A stretch of DNA of 64,000 bases, from positions 26,412,001 through 26,476,000 of the forward strand of contig NC_043000.1 of NCBI RefSeq assembly GCF_006345805.1, written 5' to 3'. The first letter of the stretch is position 1. Every line of letters begins with the position of its first letter. Below the pieces are notes generated by a model, which did not search any database, was not told the DNA's origin, and was given only the letters and a program-made list of their open reading frames with translations. A program made the position numbers and the translations under genes. Origin of the DNA: Octopus sinensis. Lineage: Eukaryota. This document shows positions 11,930 to 24,467 of the stretch, piece after piece.

Positions 11930-12314
11930 ACTTCGCGATACTCAGCATCACTGAACAAGTCGAATGTATAAAGCAGAACATCGACCAGCAGCATTAACTC
12001 ATCATCACCAACAGCCACAAAGTACAACAGCGATAATATTACACGCAAAGAATGTAGAAGTTTGTATGGGATCAGTCGATCTGCTGAAAACAACAGCCAA
12101 CTATCCCTGAAATAATTGATCAGCGGATGGTTACTAATGTAACCTTTTGAGAATTATATCTGCTCAATATGTACTAAGTTGTCTCTCAACCGCGGGCGCG
12201 TGAGAGACTTTGGACTTAGTACCGCAGGCTACATAAACACTCGTGAGTGAAACAATGCTCACACTGCTTATATTGAGGATATTGGTAGGTCACGTAGATG
12301 ATGATGATGATGAT

Positions 12315-12366
<52 letters not shown>

Positions 12367-12580
12367 TAATTATATATATATAATATATATATATATCGAT
12401 TAAATCCTTTAAATCCAGTATCAGAGCATTTTAGCTCTTATTTCTAGCAATGTAGGTGTTTTAAACACGCTAGTCGTATTTAGTTACAATTATAGTTTTC
12501 CTTTTTGTGCAACATTGCACACTGCTGTCTATATTCCTTTTATGCATATGTATTTGGTGTGTAAATATATTATGTATATA

Positions 12581-12639
<59 letters not shown>

Positions 12640-12894
12640 GTTTTTGCTCCTTTTGTGTATGTATGTATGTATGTATGTATGTATGTATGTATGTATGTAT
12701 GTATGTATGTATGTACGTATGTATGTATGTTGTATGTATCTATCATCTATCTCTATCTATTTATATATATATATATAATATATATAATATATACACACAC
12801 ACACACACTTTTTGCTAATTATATATATATACATGTATGTGTGTGTTGTGTGTGTATAATGTGAATGTGTAGGTGCGTCGGTTTGTGCGTGTAT

Positions 12895-13070
12895 GTGTGC
12901 GTTTATTGGATCTCCACCACCCTTTTGAAACCGCTGTTGGTTTGTTTACGTGCTCGATAGTGTTTCGACAGAAACAGACTAGTAAAATAAGTGCAGGACT
13001 TTAGATAAGTACTGGCATTGATCTGATTGGCAGTGCTCCAGCATGAACGCAATCAAATAATTAAAATAAG
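12895..13070 (+). mobile_element. SINE family A, degraded 3' half
   Basis: gttggtttgtttacgt...gtgctccagcatgaacgcaatcaaat matches the family A tail region. Confidence 0.7.
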
Positions 13071-13381
13071 TACAGGAAAGGAAAAATGAGAGAAAAAAGA
13101 AGCAGAAAACAGAGGGAGGTGCACAGAGACTAACGAAGGAGAAAGTTAGATGAAAAAGAGAGGAGGAAGAAAGAGAGAGAGAGAGAGAGGAAGGAGGAGT
13201 AAGAGAAAGGAGGAGGAGGAGATAAAGAGGATGATGAGGAAGAGGAAGGGAGAGTGTGGAAGCGGAAGCGAAAGAGAGAAGGAAGACGAGGAGAAAGAGA
13301 GGATGAGGGAGTCGGGGAAAGGAGAGGGATGAGAAGAGAGAACAAAAGGAAGAGATGGAAAGAAAGGGAGAGAGAGAGAAA

Positions 13382-13421
<40 letters not shown>

Positions 13422-13935
13422 GTGAAAACATGTCTAAATCTTCGCATTTCTTCTTCACAGAAGCCCGAGGCAGATGAGGACTTCTTGTAACAAGATATCA
13501 CAGTGTACAAAACTAATCGATTGGAATTTAATATGTGACTTAATCAATCATTCCGAGGAAGGAATCAGTTTTGCAATCAGAGAGAGAAAAGTAATTGTTG
13601 TTTTGTTGTATGTTAAGCGGGAATAACAAAAAAACAAAAAACAAACAAAAACAAAACAAACAAAAACAAAACAAACAAAAAAACAAAGCAAAGCAAACAA
13701 GCGAAATACAAAAATAACAACAAAAACAAAAAGCAAACAATACATGTGACACAATGTAATTTGAACGCAGAAGGTGAGACACGAAACAAAATGGAAGTTA
13801 ACGAGGACGACATTAGCCGTCAATCGACCAGTTACACCAGTTAAAGATGTGTTTTGAAAGCAATGCTCCGTCATGGCCGGTACCATAGAGGTTCTAACTA
13901 CAACGCACAAATTATATATGCACCTCATCCCCCAC

Positions 13936-13975
<40 letters not shown>

Positions 13976-14177
13976 TATATATATGCCCGAAACTGTCGTG
14001 ACTTCCTGCACTTCACTAAGGAAAGAAGGCCAAGATGACCCGTCTTTTTCTTAGCCTGTACTTCTAATTGTTGTTTCTCTTGTCCGCCTTTCTATCGTCT
14101 ATCTGTCCGAATGTTTTATTGTCCTCTATGCCTTTTTTTCTCCATTTATGTATATATATATATATATATATATATAG

Positions 14178-14305
14178 GGGCATGCGTGGTTGTGTGATAA
14201 GTAGCTTGCTTACCAACCACATGGTTCACTCCCGCTGCGTGACACATTGGACAAAGCCTTGTGAGTGGATTTGGTAGACGGAAACTGAAAGAAGCCCGCT
14301 TATGC

Positions 14306-14336
<31 letters not shown>

Positions 14337-14350
14337 GTATATATAAGTGT
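14178..14350 (+). mobile_element. SINE family A, 5' half ending at internal microsatellite
   Basis: Head plus gtgagtggatttggtagacggaaactgaaagaagcccg, then (TA)n. Confidence 0.8.
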
Positions 14351-14729
14351 GTGTGGTTTTGTGGCAAACGTTATAAAATCTACGCAGCCTTCGTTTTTTT
14401 TTTATCTCATTACGAATATATATATACACACTTGCACTCGAGCACTTAAAGACACGTACGTCTAGACAAGATAGTTTTCGACAAGCTTAAACTGCATAAC
14501 CAGAATATTTGTTCACGAATCTACATACATATTTATGTAAATGCGCATGCGCGTGCTTGTGAGTGTATGTGTATGTGAGTATGCGATTGCAAACACATAT
14601 TGACGTGCATATATGCCACAGAACCTCTCCCAAAACTAGAAACCATTAATTCTTATCCTTGTCTAATAAGATTATCCATGATGTTAATCAAGCAATATCA
14701 ATGTATGTAGACGCCATAAACCATGAACC

Positions 14730-15215
14730 CACACGTACATACATACATACATACATGCATGAATACATACAAACATACATACACAATACATACATAGACA
14801 AGCATATAATACATATATGCATGCATACATACATACACACATACATAGTCAAGCAAATAATACGTATATACGTACATACATACATACACACATACATACA
14901 TACACGCATACAAACACACATACATACATATATAGATATAATATATATATACATACATACACACATACATATACAGACAAGCATATAATACATATATACA
15001 TGCATACATACATAAATACATACATACACACATACATACATAATACATACACACATACATACATATATAGATATAGCATACATACATATATACATACATA
15101 CACACATACATTCAAACACACATACATACACACATACATACATACACACATACATACATACACACATACATACATATATATATATATACAAGTATATAAT
15201 ATACAAGACATGTAT
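14730..15215. repeat. Degenerate (CATA)n array with internal higher-order duplication
   Basis: Directly visible; 'aagcatataatacatat' recurs at ~14800 and ~14980. Confidence 0.95.
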
Positions 15216-15297
15216 GTCTCTCACTCGCTCACTCACTCTCTCTCTATCTGTCTGTCTGTCTATATCTATCTATCTATCTCCCTCTCTATGTTCCTCT

Positions 15298-15335
<38 letters not shown>

Positions 15336-15431
15336 CTCTTTCTATCAGGTTTAGTGATGCAACCAGAAAAACTAGAATTCAAAGCATGAGCGTATATACG
15401 TTTCTTTTAATAATCAGCCGAAGTTACAGAT

Positions 15432-15515
15432 TGGCACAACGGCCGAGTGTCTCGAGTATTGGCACTAATCAAACTTGATAAGTGCCAACGCACGAAACAC
15501 TTGGCCCTTGAGTCA
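15432..15515 (+). ncRNA. Candidate microRNA hairpin (pre-miRNA 15446-15503; 5p AGUGUCUCGAGUAUUGGCACUA, 3p GUGCCAACGCACGAAACACUUG)
   Basis: 15432-15466 pairs with 15481-15515 without bulges: 30 of 35 positions paired, including 3 G-U. 14-nt apical region. Basal UG at -14/-13, mismatch at -6 (C15440:C15507), CNNC (CAAC 15521-15524). Unique in the window. Confidence 0.6.
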
Positions 15516-15627
15516 CTCTTCAACCCTTCCCGATTATTAATAACAAAAGCTTATATATATAAAAATGTGTGTGCGTGTGTGAGTATTTGCGCTGAATGAG
15601 AACCGTATTCACACGCATGCCCGTAAA

Positions 15628-16043
15628 TATGTATGTATGTGTGTATGTATGTATGTATGTATGTATTATGTGATGTATGTTGTGTATGTATGTATGTATG
15701 TTACATATGTATGTACGTACGTATGTATGTACATATGTATGTACGTACTATGTATGTAGGTATGTATGTATGTATGTAATATATGTATTATGTATGTATT
15801 ATGTATGTATGTATGTGTGTATATATGTATGTATGTATGTATGTATATATGTATGTATGTATGTATTATATTAGTATGTATGTATGTATGTATGTATGTA
15901 TGTAGTATATGGTATGTATGTATATATGTATGTATATGTATGTATATATGTATGTATATATGTATGTATGTATGTTGTATAGTATTATGTATGTATGTAT
16001 GTATGTATGTATAGGTATGTATGTATATATGTATTATATGTTG

Positions 16044-16074
<31 letters not shown>

Positions 16075-16340
16075 ATAGTATGTATATGGTATGTATGTAT
16101 GTATGTAATATGTATGTATATATGTATTTTGTATGTATGTATGTATGTATGTATGCCTACGTATGTATGTATGTATGTATGTATGTCTGCGCGCAATTGC
16201 ATGTGCTTTGCTGCTCATGTGTATTTCAGTGGTGTGGTGTGTGTGGTGTGTATGTGTGTATGTGTGCATGTGTGTGTGTGTATGTGTGTGTGTGTGTATT
16301 TATGTGTGTGTATTTATATATATATATATATACATATATA
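15628..16340. repeat. Degenerate (TATG)n then (TG)n array
   Basis: Directly visible; reverse-complement motif of 14730-15215. Confidence 0.95.
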
Positions 16341-16753
16341 TGCACTGCTAGCATGCTTGTGTACCAGCACAGACAGCGCGCAACGCACAAATCCTCATTT
16401 TAAATATATGCTTGAAGTGTTTACTAGCTGTTGTTAATGCGTGCGTGAAGTCTAAACAGCGTGCACATATTGTTTAGCTATCAATGCGCAATTGATATAC
16501 ATGGATGGGGCGTGGGATATCTGGGTAACCCTTGGTTTAAGGGAACACTAAAAGACAAATTCTCGCTTCTTCGCTTTCTTGGTTCTTTCCGTTTTTCTTG
16601 TCTTATATTTATAGTTTTATTTAATTTTTTTGTTGTTTTTATTTTGGTCGTTGCCATATTTGAATTGTGAAAAGAAAATGAACAAAAAAACGTATCAGAA
16701 ATGATGAATGGTAAATAAATAAATAAAATAAAATGAAGAGACGGTAAAAGAAA

Positions 16754-16791
<38 letters not shown>

Positions 16792-17536
16792 ATGGTTGAG
16801 AGAAGGATAAAAAAGAGGAGGAAAGAAAGCGGTAATTAGGAGTGGAGAAAATGGCGAAGAAGAGAAAGACAGCTTTTACGTCTAAGATTAACGGTGGAAT
16901 GATAAAACTGCACTTCCCGCAACAACAACACAACAACAACAACAACAGCAACACAAAATAGAGAAAAAGAAAGAAACAAATATATCAAAAGCAAAAACAA
17001 ATAAAAAATTAAAGAACCTACGAAAAAAAAACATGCTAAATTTGTTGTTCTTAAAGAACAATATTACCATTCTGAGGCGAAAACAAACCAAAAACCAACA
17101 AAACAACCGTCGACTCTTTAATTATTCTTTGTCTTTCTGTTAATTAATCATATTTTCTACCATTCTCCTTTTTATCATTCTTTTTTCGGAAACTATTTCT
17201 GTTTTCCTTTACACACTAATTTTTGTAAATTACCATCGCCATTACGACGACGACGACGCCAACAACAACAACATCTATAACAGCAGCAGCAACAGCAACA
17301 ACAACGACGCGACATTGCTTCTATGGGAGGTAGTTTCATTCCTTGCCAATTCTCTTGTATCACTATCTCGGCTCTTTATCCTCACAAAAGAATCTGTTCA
17401 TAATAAATAACGATCTTATTTCCTTATCTATCTACTCTCCACCGTCCCTCTCTCTCCATCTTTTTCCCTGTGTGTATTTTTGAACGCATGCGCGTGCACA
17501 TGTATATACCCACATGCATATTTTAAATATTTCATA

Positions 17537-17945
17537 TTCTCTTTTTCTCTTTTTTATTTGTTTCAGTCATTTGACTGCGGCCATGCTGGAGCACCGCCTT
17601 TAGTCGAGCAAATCGACCCCGGGACTTATTCGTTGTAAGCCCAGTACTTATTCTATCGGTCTCTTTTGCCGAACCGCTAAGTGACGGGGAAGTAAACATA
17701 CCAGCATCGGTTGTCAAGCAATGCTAGGGGAACAAACACAGACACACAAGCACACACACACACACATATATATATATACATATATACGACAGGCTTCTTT
17801 CAGTTTCCGTCTACCAAATCCACTCACAAAGCATTGGTCGGCCCAGGGCTATAGCAGAAGACACTTGCCCAAGGTGCCACGCAGTGGGACTGAACCCGGA
17901 ACCATGTGGTTGGTTAGCAAGCTACTTACCACGCAGCCACTCCTG
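17537..17945 (-). mobile_element. SINE family A, full length, little diverged
   Basis: Reverse complement of the 19454-19860 type; head ends ttaccacgcagccactcc. Confidence 0.92.
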
Positions 17946-18261
17946 CGTCTATGTGTATGTACGAATGTAATTATACATCATACATACATACATACATACA
18001 TACATACTGGGATTTTCAGGAAGAGAAGCTGACCGGCTGATTTGTACATTACAAGTGCAATCTTTGAGTGGAATAGTAATCATATGCAAGACTTTGCTTA
18101 AGTTCCAAATGTGAATTTGTCTGTGTTAACTACATCCCTTGTATCTTTGTTGAAAACCAGCTCCCTCCTCTGTGTTAGATTTATAATAATTAAAAATTAG
18201 AAAAGACATACATACATACATACAGACAGACAGACAGACATACATATACATACACACACAT

Positions 18262-18500
18262 TATCGTTATCGTAATCGTCATCATCATTGAGGTCCGTTT
18301 TTCATTTCGGCGTGGGTTGGATGGCCTGACAAGAAATGGTAAGCCGGAGAGCTGCACCGGGATCCAATCGTCTGATACAACATGGTTTCTGCGGCTGGAT
18401 GCCCTTTCTAACATCAAATATTTTACAGAGTCTACTGGGTGCTTTTTACGCGGCGCCAACACCAGTGCTTTCACATGGCACCAGCACAGGTGCTTTTCAC
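18262..18500 (-). mobile_element. SINE/LINE-tail repeat with (GAT)n-like tail
   Basis: Contains ggtttctgcggctggatgccctttctaac and gggtgctttttacgcggc, a common retroposon 3' motif, next to catcatc repeats. Confidence 0.7.
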
Positions 18501-18654
18501 ACACACACACGTACACACTCACACACACATACATGTATGTATGTATGTATGTATGTATGTATGTATGTATGTATGTATGTATGTATGTATGTATCTATCC
18601 ACGTGTAGTATATTACTATTTATAGCATTTTACAGTCGATTTGTCGCCGACTAA

Positions 18655-18863
18655 TGTACTCGGCAATAATGATGACTCTTCACAGATAATTTATAGTTGC
18701 GCCTCTATATTTCAGTTTACTTTTTTCCAGAATTATCGCCAACCATTTTTCTTTCAACATTTGTCTATTTCTTAGCGAAGTCTCACATAAAATATTTTTT
18801 TGTCTTAATCTTAGAATTAAATTGGTTTTTTATTTACCGTCAGGTGACTTTTGGCCAACCCTG
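18655..18863. mobile_element. Tc1/mariner-like DNA transposon fragment (one TIR)
   Basis: Ends gtgacttttggccaaccctg|TA (reverse complement TA|CAGGGTTGGCCAAAAGT). Partner TIR not found, so the left boundary is approximate. Confidence 0.45.
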
Positions 18864-19453
18864 TAGATATGCATGCATGTGTGTGTATGTGTGTGTGTAT
18901 GTGTGTGTGTGTATATATATATGTGCAAGTATGTATATATTTATATGTATGCTATGCATGTGTATATATATTATCAGTAAAAGAACACGGAAAGAACTCA
19001 ATACCTGATTATCCAGCAAAGTATTGTAAGTTGCATTAATTTGATTATTCGTGAAAGGTTTGTCCTCCCTCATTCACAACGAAATGAGTTAAAAAGCACA
19101 TATATGTGCGCGCGTGTGTGAGTGTGTGTTTGTATGCGTGTGTTGGTGTGTAATATTGTTGTGTATTGGTGTGTAATATTACTTTCAAAGCAGGATGGAA
19201 GCGTCAAATTAATATAAGGCGGGGACAGGTTGAGATATGAGTACTATGGATGCTGTAACAAAAACTTGTTCTTAAGTGTTACTTACCTCTTTAAAATTAC
19301 ATAGGACTATAGAAAAATCCGACTGGAGTAATTAGGTTCTAAAAAGAGTAAAGAGAATTCCTATGTAAGTGTTGGTTAAGGAGAATAGTTTGTGTAGCTA
19401 TAACTGAGAAGCTATGGTGTTAAAAAGGAAATATTTTCTTTCCTGAAAATTTA

Positions 19454-19860
19454 AGGAGTGGCTGTGTGGTAAGTAGCTTGCTTACCAACTACATGGTTCC
19501 GGGTTCAGTCCCACTGCGTGGCACTCTGGGCAAGTGTTTTTTACTATAGCCTCGGGTCGACCAAAGTTTTGTGTGTGGATTTGGTTGACGGAAACTGAAA
19601 GAAGACCGTCGTATATATATATATGTATGTGGGTATGTGTGTGTGTGTGTGTTTGTGTGTCTGTATTTGTCCTGCAACATCGCTTGACAACTGATGCTGG
19701 TGTGTTTACGCCCCCTTCACTGAGCAGTTCAGCAAAAAAAACCGATAGAATAAGCAGTGGGCTTACAAAGACTAACTCATGGGGTCGATTTGTTCGACTA
19801 AAAGGCGGTGATCCAGCATGGCCGCAGTCAAATGACTGAAACAAGTAAAAGAATAAAAGA
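19454..19860 (+). mobile_element. SINE family A, full length
   Basis: ggagtggctgtgtggtaagtagcttgcttacc...gactgaaacaagtaaaagaataaaaga. Confidence 0.92.
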
Positions 19861-19867
19861 ATACATA

Positions 19868-19962
19868 CAGTAATCCCTCACCATATCGCGGTTTGCCTAT
19901 CGCGGTTCAACTAACGCGGGGTTTTTTGGAACGTAACACTCGCGAGAGTCGAGGGATTACAG
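19868..19962. mobile_element. 95-bp MITE, Tc1/mariner(pogo)-type
   Basis: TA|CAGTAATCCCTC ... GAGGGATTACAG|TA: 12-bp TIR with 1 mismatch and a TA TSD. The same terminus occurs at ~60125-60189 and ~61945-62011. Confidence 0.85.
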
Positions 19963-20198
19963 TATATATATATATATATATATTATAATTAGGGTTCAGC
20001 AAAGATTTGCTTTACCACATACCGAAGTTTAGAAATAGCAGCCAGAGAACCTTAGCAATTTCCTGTACTTTAAAAAGAGACTCCCCTACAAAAACAAAGT
20101 ACTCGAAAACAAAGTACGTTAAATGGTCCTTTTTCATGCCGAATTCTACTTGGTGAAATGATCGATTACTAGTTAATTAATTAATTTTACCCGTTTAT

Positions 20199-20251
<53 letters not shown>

Positions 20252-20493
20252 CAGGTAAAGCTTCAGTAATGGATAAACAATTCCTATATGCATAATTGTT
20301 AATACGAGGTGAAGTTTCATGAATCGTTGCTCTTAGTTTCTCGATCCAAGAATCTTGAGCTTCTAATAAGAGATATATACCTAACAGTGTGTATGCAGTG
20401 TTAGCACGCATGTTTGTGTATGTGTGAAAAACATTATATAACAGTTAGTAAGTGAATAAAAAGAATATAATATATACGGGCATAAATATGTTA

Positions 20494-20782
20494 TCTTTAT
20501 ATATAAAAGTGAAGTTGTGTGAGTGTCTGTCTCCTACGATTTAGATTCCTAGCTACTCCCACATTTAACCAAAAGCAGGTATCTTATAGTCGTGATTCAT
20601 ATCGAGCCCTTCTGGGTATTAGCTCGCGTCTACGATGAGTCTACGATTTAAACAAAATTTACCCTCATTTTTTCCCATTTTTAATGCAATTTTTTGCTAT
20701 TGTATAAGGGAAGTAACTATCTGAAAATGCTTATATAGTTATTTCCCTTACAAACCCGAGCAACGCCGGGCGATACTGCTAG
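20494..20782 (+). mobile_element. Non-autonomous Helitron
   Basis: A|TC 5' end, 3' hairpin CCCG-agcaacgc-CGGG followed by CTAG|T, no TSD. Confidence 0.9.
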
Positions 20783-21978
20783 TTAGTAATAAAAACACAA
20801 TGTTGCACCATATACAAAGACGTGCACAAAACACATACGCGAGCACACACACACATACAAACACTCATATATAAACATGCATGTATACGTACATGCGTAT
20901 GCATGTACGTATTAATATATGTTATATTAATACATTATATGTGTAAAAATATCTGTGAGACATCTACCGGCGTCAGGCTCTTTATTAGTATTTATCTTCC
21001 CTTATTTCTTTTCAGTCTTCTTATTTCCTCACTGTCGTCATCTTTCGTATTCAATAGCTTATAATATCTCTTTGATATCCACCACCGATAGACAGTTTAA
21101 ACATGATCGAACGCAAAAAACGACGTCCTAATGATAGAGCTTCTCTGAAAAACCTGGCAACATTGTCATGCAAGTTAAGTGCATCATATTTGCAATGCAC
21201 TTAATGTTGTTACAAAACAAACGCTTCTTTTTTTTTCCCCTTCTAACTGTCTGTCCTGGCTGAGAAATGCAGTCGCTAAATGCAAATCTAGAGCGATACA
21301 GGGGAAGCGCACATGAAATACGAGACGGTTTTGTTATTTATGCTTTATTCTGTGTTCTTCGACAAAACGCACAAGTGTAGCTTGTTGTAGGGGGGAGGAG
21401 GGGTAGAAGTAATATTTGACCTGGAACACCAAACTTCTGCAGAGCATTAATAGAAGCAAGAATGGAATGGAACGCAAGTTGATAGTTAACAAGAGAAATA
21501 CTTATAAACAACAGAATCATCACTTGTCATTCGTCACTTAAATTGTCAGTCACGTTCGCTAAATGTATGGTACATTACAAGAAACTGCATACTGCATTAA
21601 TCTCATTAGCTTTCTATTTTCTGCATAACAAACCATGCTTGGAACCGACAATCTGAACACGTACACCCACAAAAGGGTGGAAATTCCACGTCTTCTCCAT
21701 ACAAATAAACAAAAACAAGGAAAGCTAAAAAAAAAAAATAATAAATAAACGAAAATATTTAAAACGAAGACAACAATTTCATAAAATTAATGGATGCAGG
21801 TATTTGTGAGAAAAACACGTGTTCTTTGCAAATATTTTCTTGGACTATTCAGCGAATTTCCAGAAGAAATCTTTTTTTTTATTTTATGAATATGTGATTG
21901 CTTGTTTGGTTAATTTACTGTAACTTAGACAAAATTAGTAATTGGAAAGTACCAAAAAGTACCAAACGTTTATCGCGG

Positions 21979-22215
21979 AAGCACATGGCTTAGTGATTAA
22001 GTGTAGTGGTGATGGATTCACGATCGTAAGGTTGTGGTTTCGATTCCTGAACCGGGCGATGCGTTGTGTTCTTGAGCAAAACACTTCATTTCACATTACT
22101 CCAGTCCACTCAGCTGGCAAAAATGAGTAGTCCTGCGACGAACCGGCGTCCCGTCCAGGTGGGGGATATATATGCCAGGGAAACCAGAATCTGGCCCTGT
22201 GATCCTTACGGAATA
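21979..22215 (+). mobile_element. tRNA-derived SINE, head type D
   Basis: Same head and central domain as 433, followed by cctgcgacgaaccggcgtcccgtccagg. Confidence 0.8.
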
Positions 22216-22729
22216 ATGTGAACTAACCCATCATAGGGTTACTTCACATTAAAAGCTTTTCCCAGATTTCATTGCGTTTAGTGGTTGATCAACATACATC
22301 TTCACAATAGGATACAAGCCCGTTGCAGTTTGGACGAAATTGAACTTAATGCTGAGAGCAAACGAAACATGAAGACCCAGTGACATAGAGATTTATATAA
22401 TTGTTGTTTTCGTTATTGTTTATCAACTGGCTCTGATTTAATAGACATAAAGTGAAAAACAGTCCAATTATGACCACTCTGCCGTTTTTTCTAGTTAATA
22501 TACTTTGGACTGTATGAGTCAACGTCTCTTCTTTTCACGATAGTCAGGTGTGATTTGAGGGCAATATAAATGTTTCTTATTGTAAGTCGAGTGAAATACT
22601 ATAAGTGTAGGAAATGTTTATGAATTATGTAGAAAAAGTATATGATGTTTATCTGAAGCTCATGGTATGAGTCTATGAAGTATGTATAATGATATATATA
22701 TATTAATAAGGCAGTGAGCACAAAAAGAA

Positions 22730-22870
22730 TACATCCCGAAAGAGAAAAGTTTTAGCAAATCTATTGGTTTAACGCTAAAATAGCAAGGAAAGTGTGCGTT
22801 TCGAACGTTTCGAACGCTAGTCCTTCATCAGAAGAAAGGAAGAAAAGAAAAAAAAATTTAAGAAAAGTTT
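22730..22870 (-). mobile_element. Penelope-like element terminus with hammerhead-like motif
   Basis: Minus strand CTGATGA-A-GGAC-TAGC-GTTC-GAAAC-GTT. Downstream sequence is homologous to 52225-52260. Confidence 0.6.
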
Positions 22871-23967
22871 GTCATACTTGGTATCTCTTAATTTAGGGAT
22901 GATATTTTTTAAAAACAAGTTTAAGAATAAGAATGAAACACGTACTGTTCGGAAGACAATATGTAAAGTCGAGTCAAATTTATTAAAAAATTCGTTTTGA
23001 CTTGACGACTTATTCACCTATCTTGGTGGAATAAGCCGCCAGAGGAAAGCTAGAATCTCAGTCAAATCGAATACTTGGTATCTATATGAAACCAATAAGA
23101 TTTCTCATGAAATCTACGTTAAAGACATTGTGTATCCTTAAAAGCTATATGTATATATAAATATATATGCACATGTATATATACACATATACACATGCAT
23201 ATATATAAATACATATACATATTTGAACCTATATATATATATACATACACACACATGTATATATATATATTATATGTATATGATATATATATATATATGC
23301 ATTTATATGTACAATTTATATTTGTATGTGTGTATACACACACACACATATATATCTTCATGTTTACACATCTACATAGTCGCTTATACCTGAAAAACTT
23401 TCAATACACATTTTCAACAACTTCAACATGGCGAATGATCGCGAACAATTTAAACTCTCTCCTCATTTAGTCACCCAACTCTAACCTATATATAGGAAGA
23501 AGGTGCTTATTAACCAAAAGCTCTCTATGGCTGGAACACTGCCCAGTCATAATAAGTTGTTTTCGAAATGCTACAGACCTACAATAAATTGCTCGTCTAC
23601 ACAAATCCTACAACTTTGAAACCCATTTTCAAACAGCAGTAGATGTGGAATTACGACTGCATAAAAAGCATGGCTTCTTCATCGTTGGCAGCCGTCATAT
23701 CTTGGTAGTTAGGTGCTATTTCACAAAAACTAATTACTTCTTGGCGGACTTTTGTAGTGTGGGTGCGAGAGAGGGGGAGAGGTAGAAAGAGGGGAGAGAG
23801 AGAGTAACTAATCAGTAATGATTATAAGTTTTGTGATTATAATGCAGTGACCCACGACGGTGATGATAACGACAGTGATGGTGGTGATGTTGGTACTTGT
23901 ATTTGTGCCAAATCTCTATGTCTCTATCAACTTTACCGCACGTACACAAATCGTCTCGCCCCCCAAA

Positions 23968-24031
<64 letters not shown>

Positions 24032-24212
24032 TCTTTTACTAGCTCGATAGCTGTGTATACATACGTACATAGATGTAAATATATGTATATCTATCTATCT
24101 ATCTATCTAATCTATCTATCTATCTATCTAATCTATCTATCTATCTCTCTCTCTCTATATATATATATATATACATACATACATATACATATATACATAC
24201 ATATATACATAC

Positions 24213-24277
<65 letters not shown>

Positions 24278-24279
24278 TA

Positions 24280-24416
24280 TGTACTTGCATATCAACCACA
24301 TAGTTCCGGGTTCAGTCCCACTGCGTGGCACCTTGGCCAGGGTCTTCTACTATAGCCTCGGCCCAACCAAAGCCTTGTGAGTGGATTTGATAGACAGAAA
24401 CTGTAAGAAGCCCGTC

Positions 24417-24420
<4 letters not shown>
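24280..24420 (+). mobile_element. SINE family A, 5' half
   Basis: ccgggttcagtcccactgcgtggcacc...gaagcccgtcg, then (TA)n. Confidence 0.85.

Positions 24421-24467
<47 letters not shown>

Noticed and set aside
13836-13886. Minus-strand gccATG...GGT|GTAACT exon candidate (MTEHCFQNTSLTG)
   Set aside because: The donor region resembles the SINE motif gtgtaactggt; too short to support.
15459-15488. TTGGCACT/AGTGCCAA resembling the miR-96/182/263 seed
   Set aside because: The motif lies next to the loop, not at an arm 5' end, so the hairpin is not assigned to that family.
18820-18850. polyY-CAG|GTGACT recursive-splice-like site
   Set aside because: The GT is part of a transposon TIR and the donor is weak.
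19287-19442. Minus-strand exon with a perfect GAG|GTAAGT donor
   Set aside because: All three frames are closed from the two main acceptors; at most a non-coding exon, with no further support.
21175-21204. Perfect 10-bp hairpin ttaagtgcat/atgcacttaa
   Set aside because: The stem does not extend; expected by chance in AT-rich DNA.
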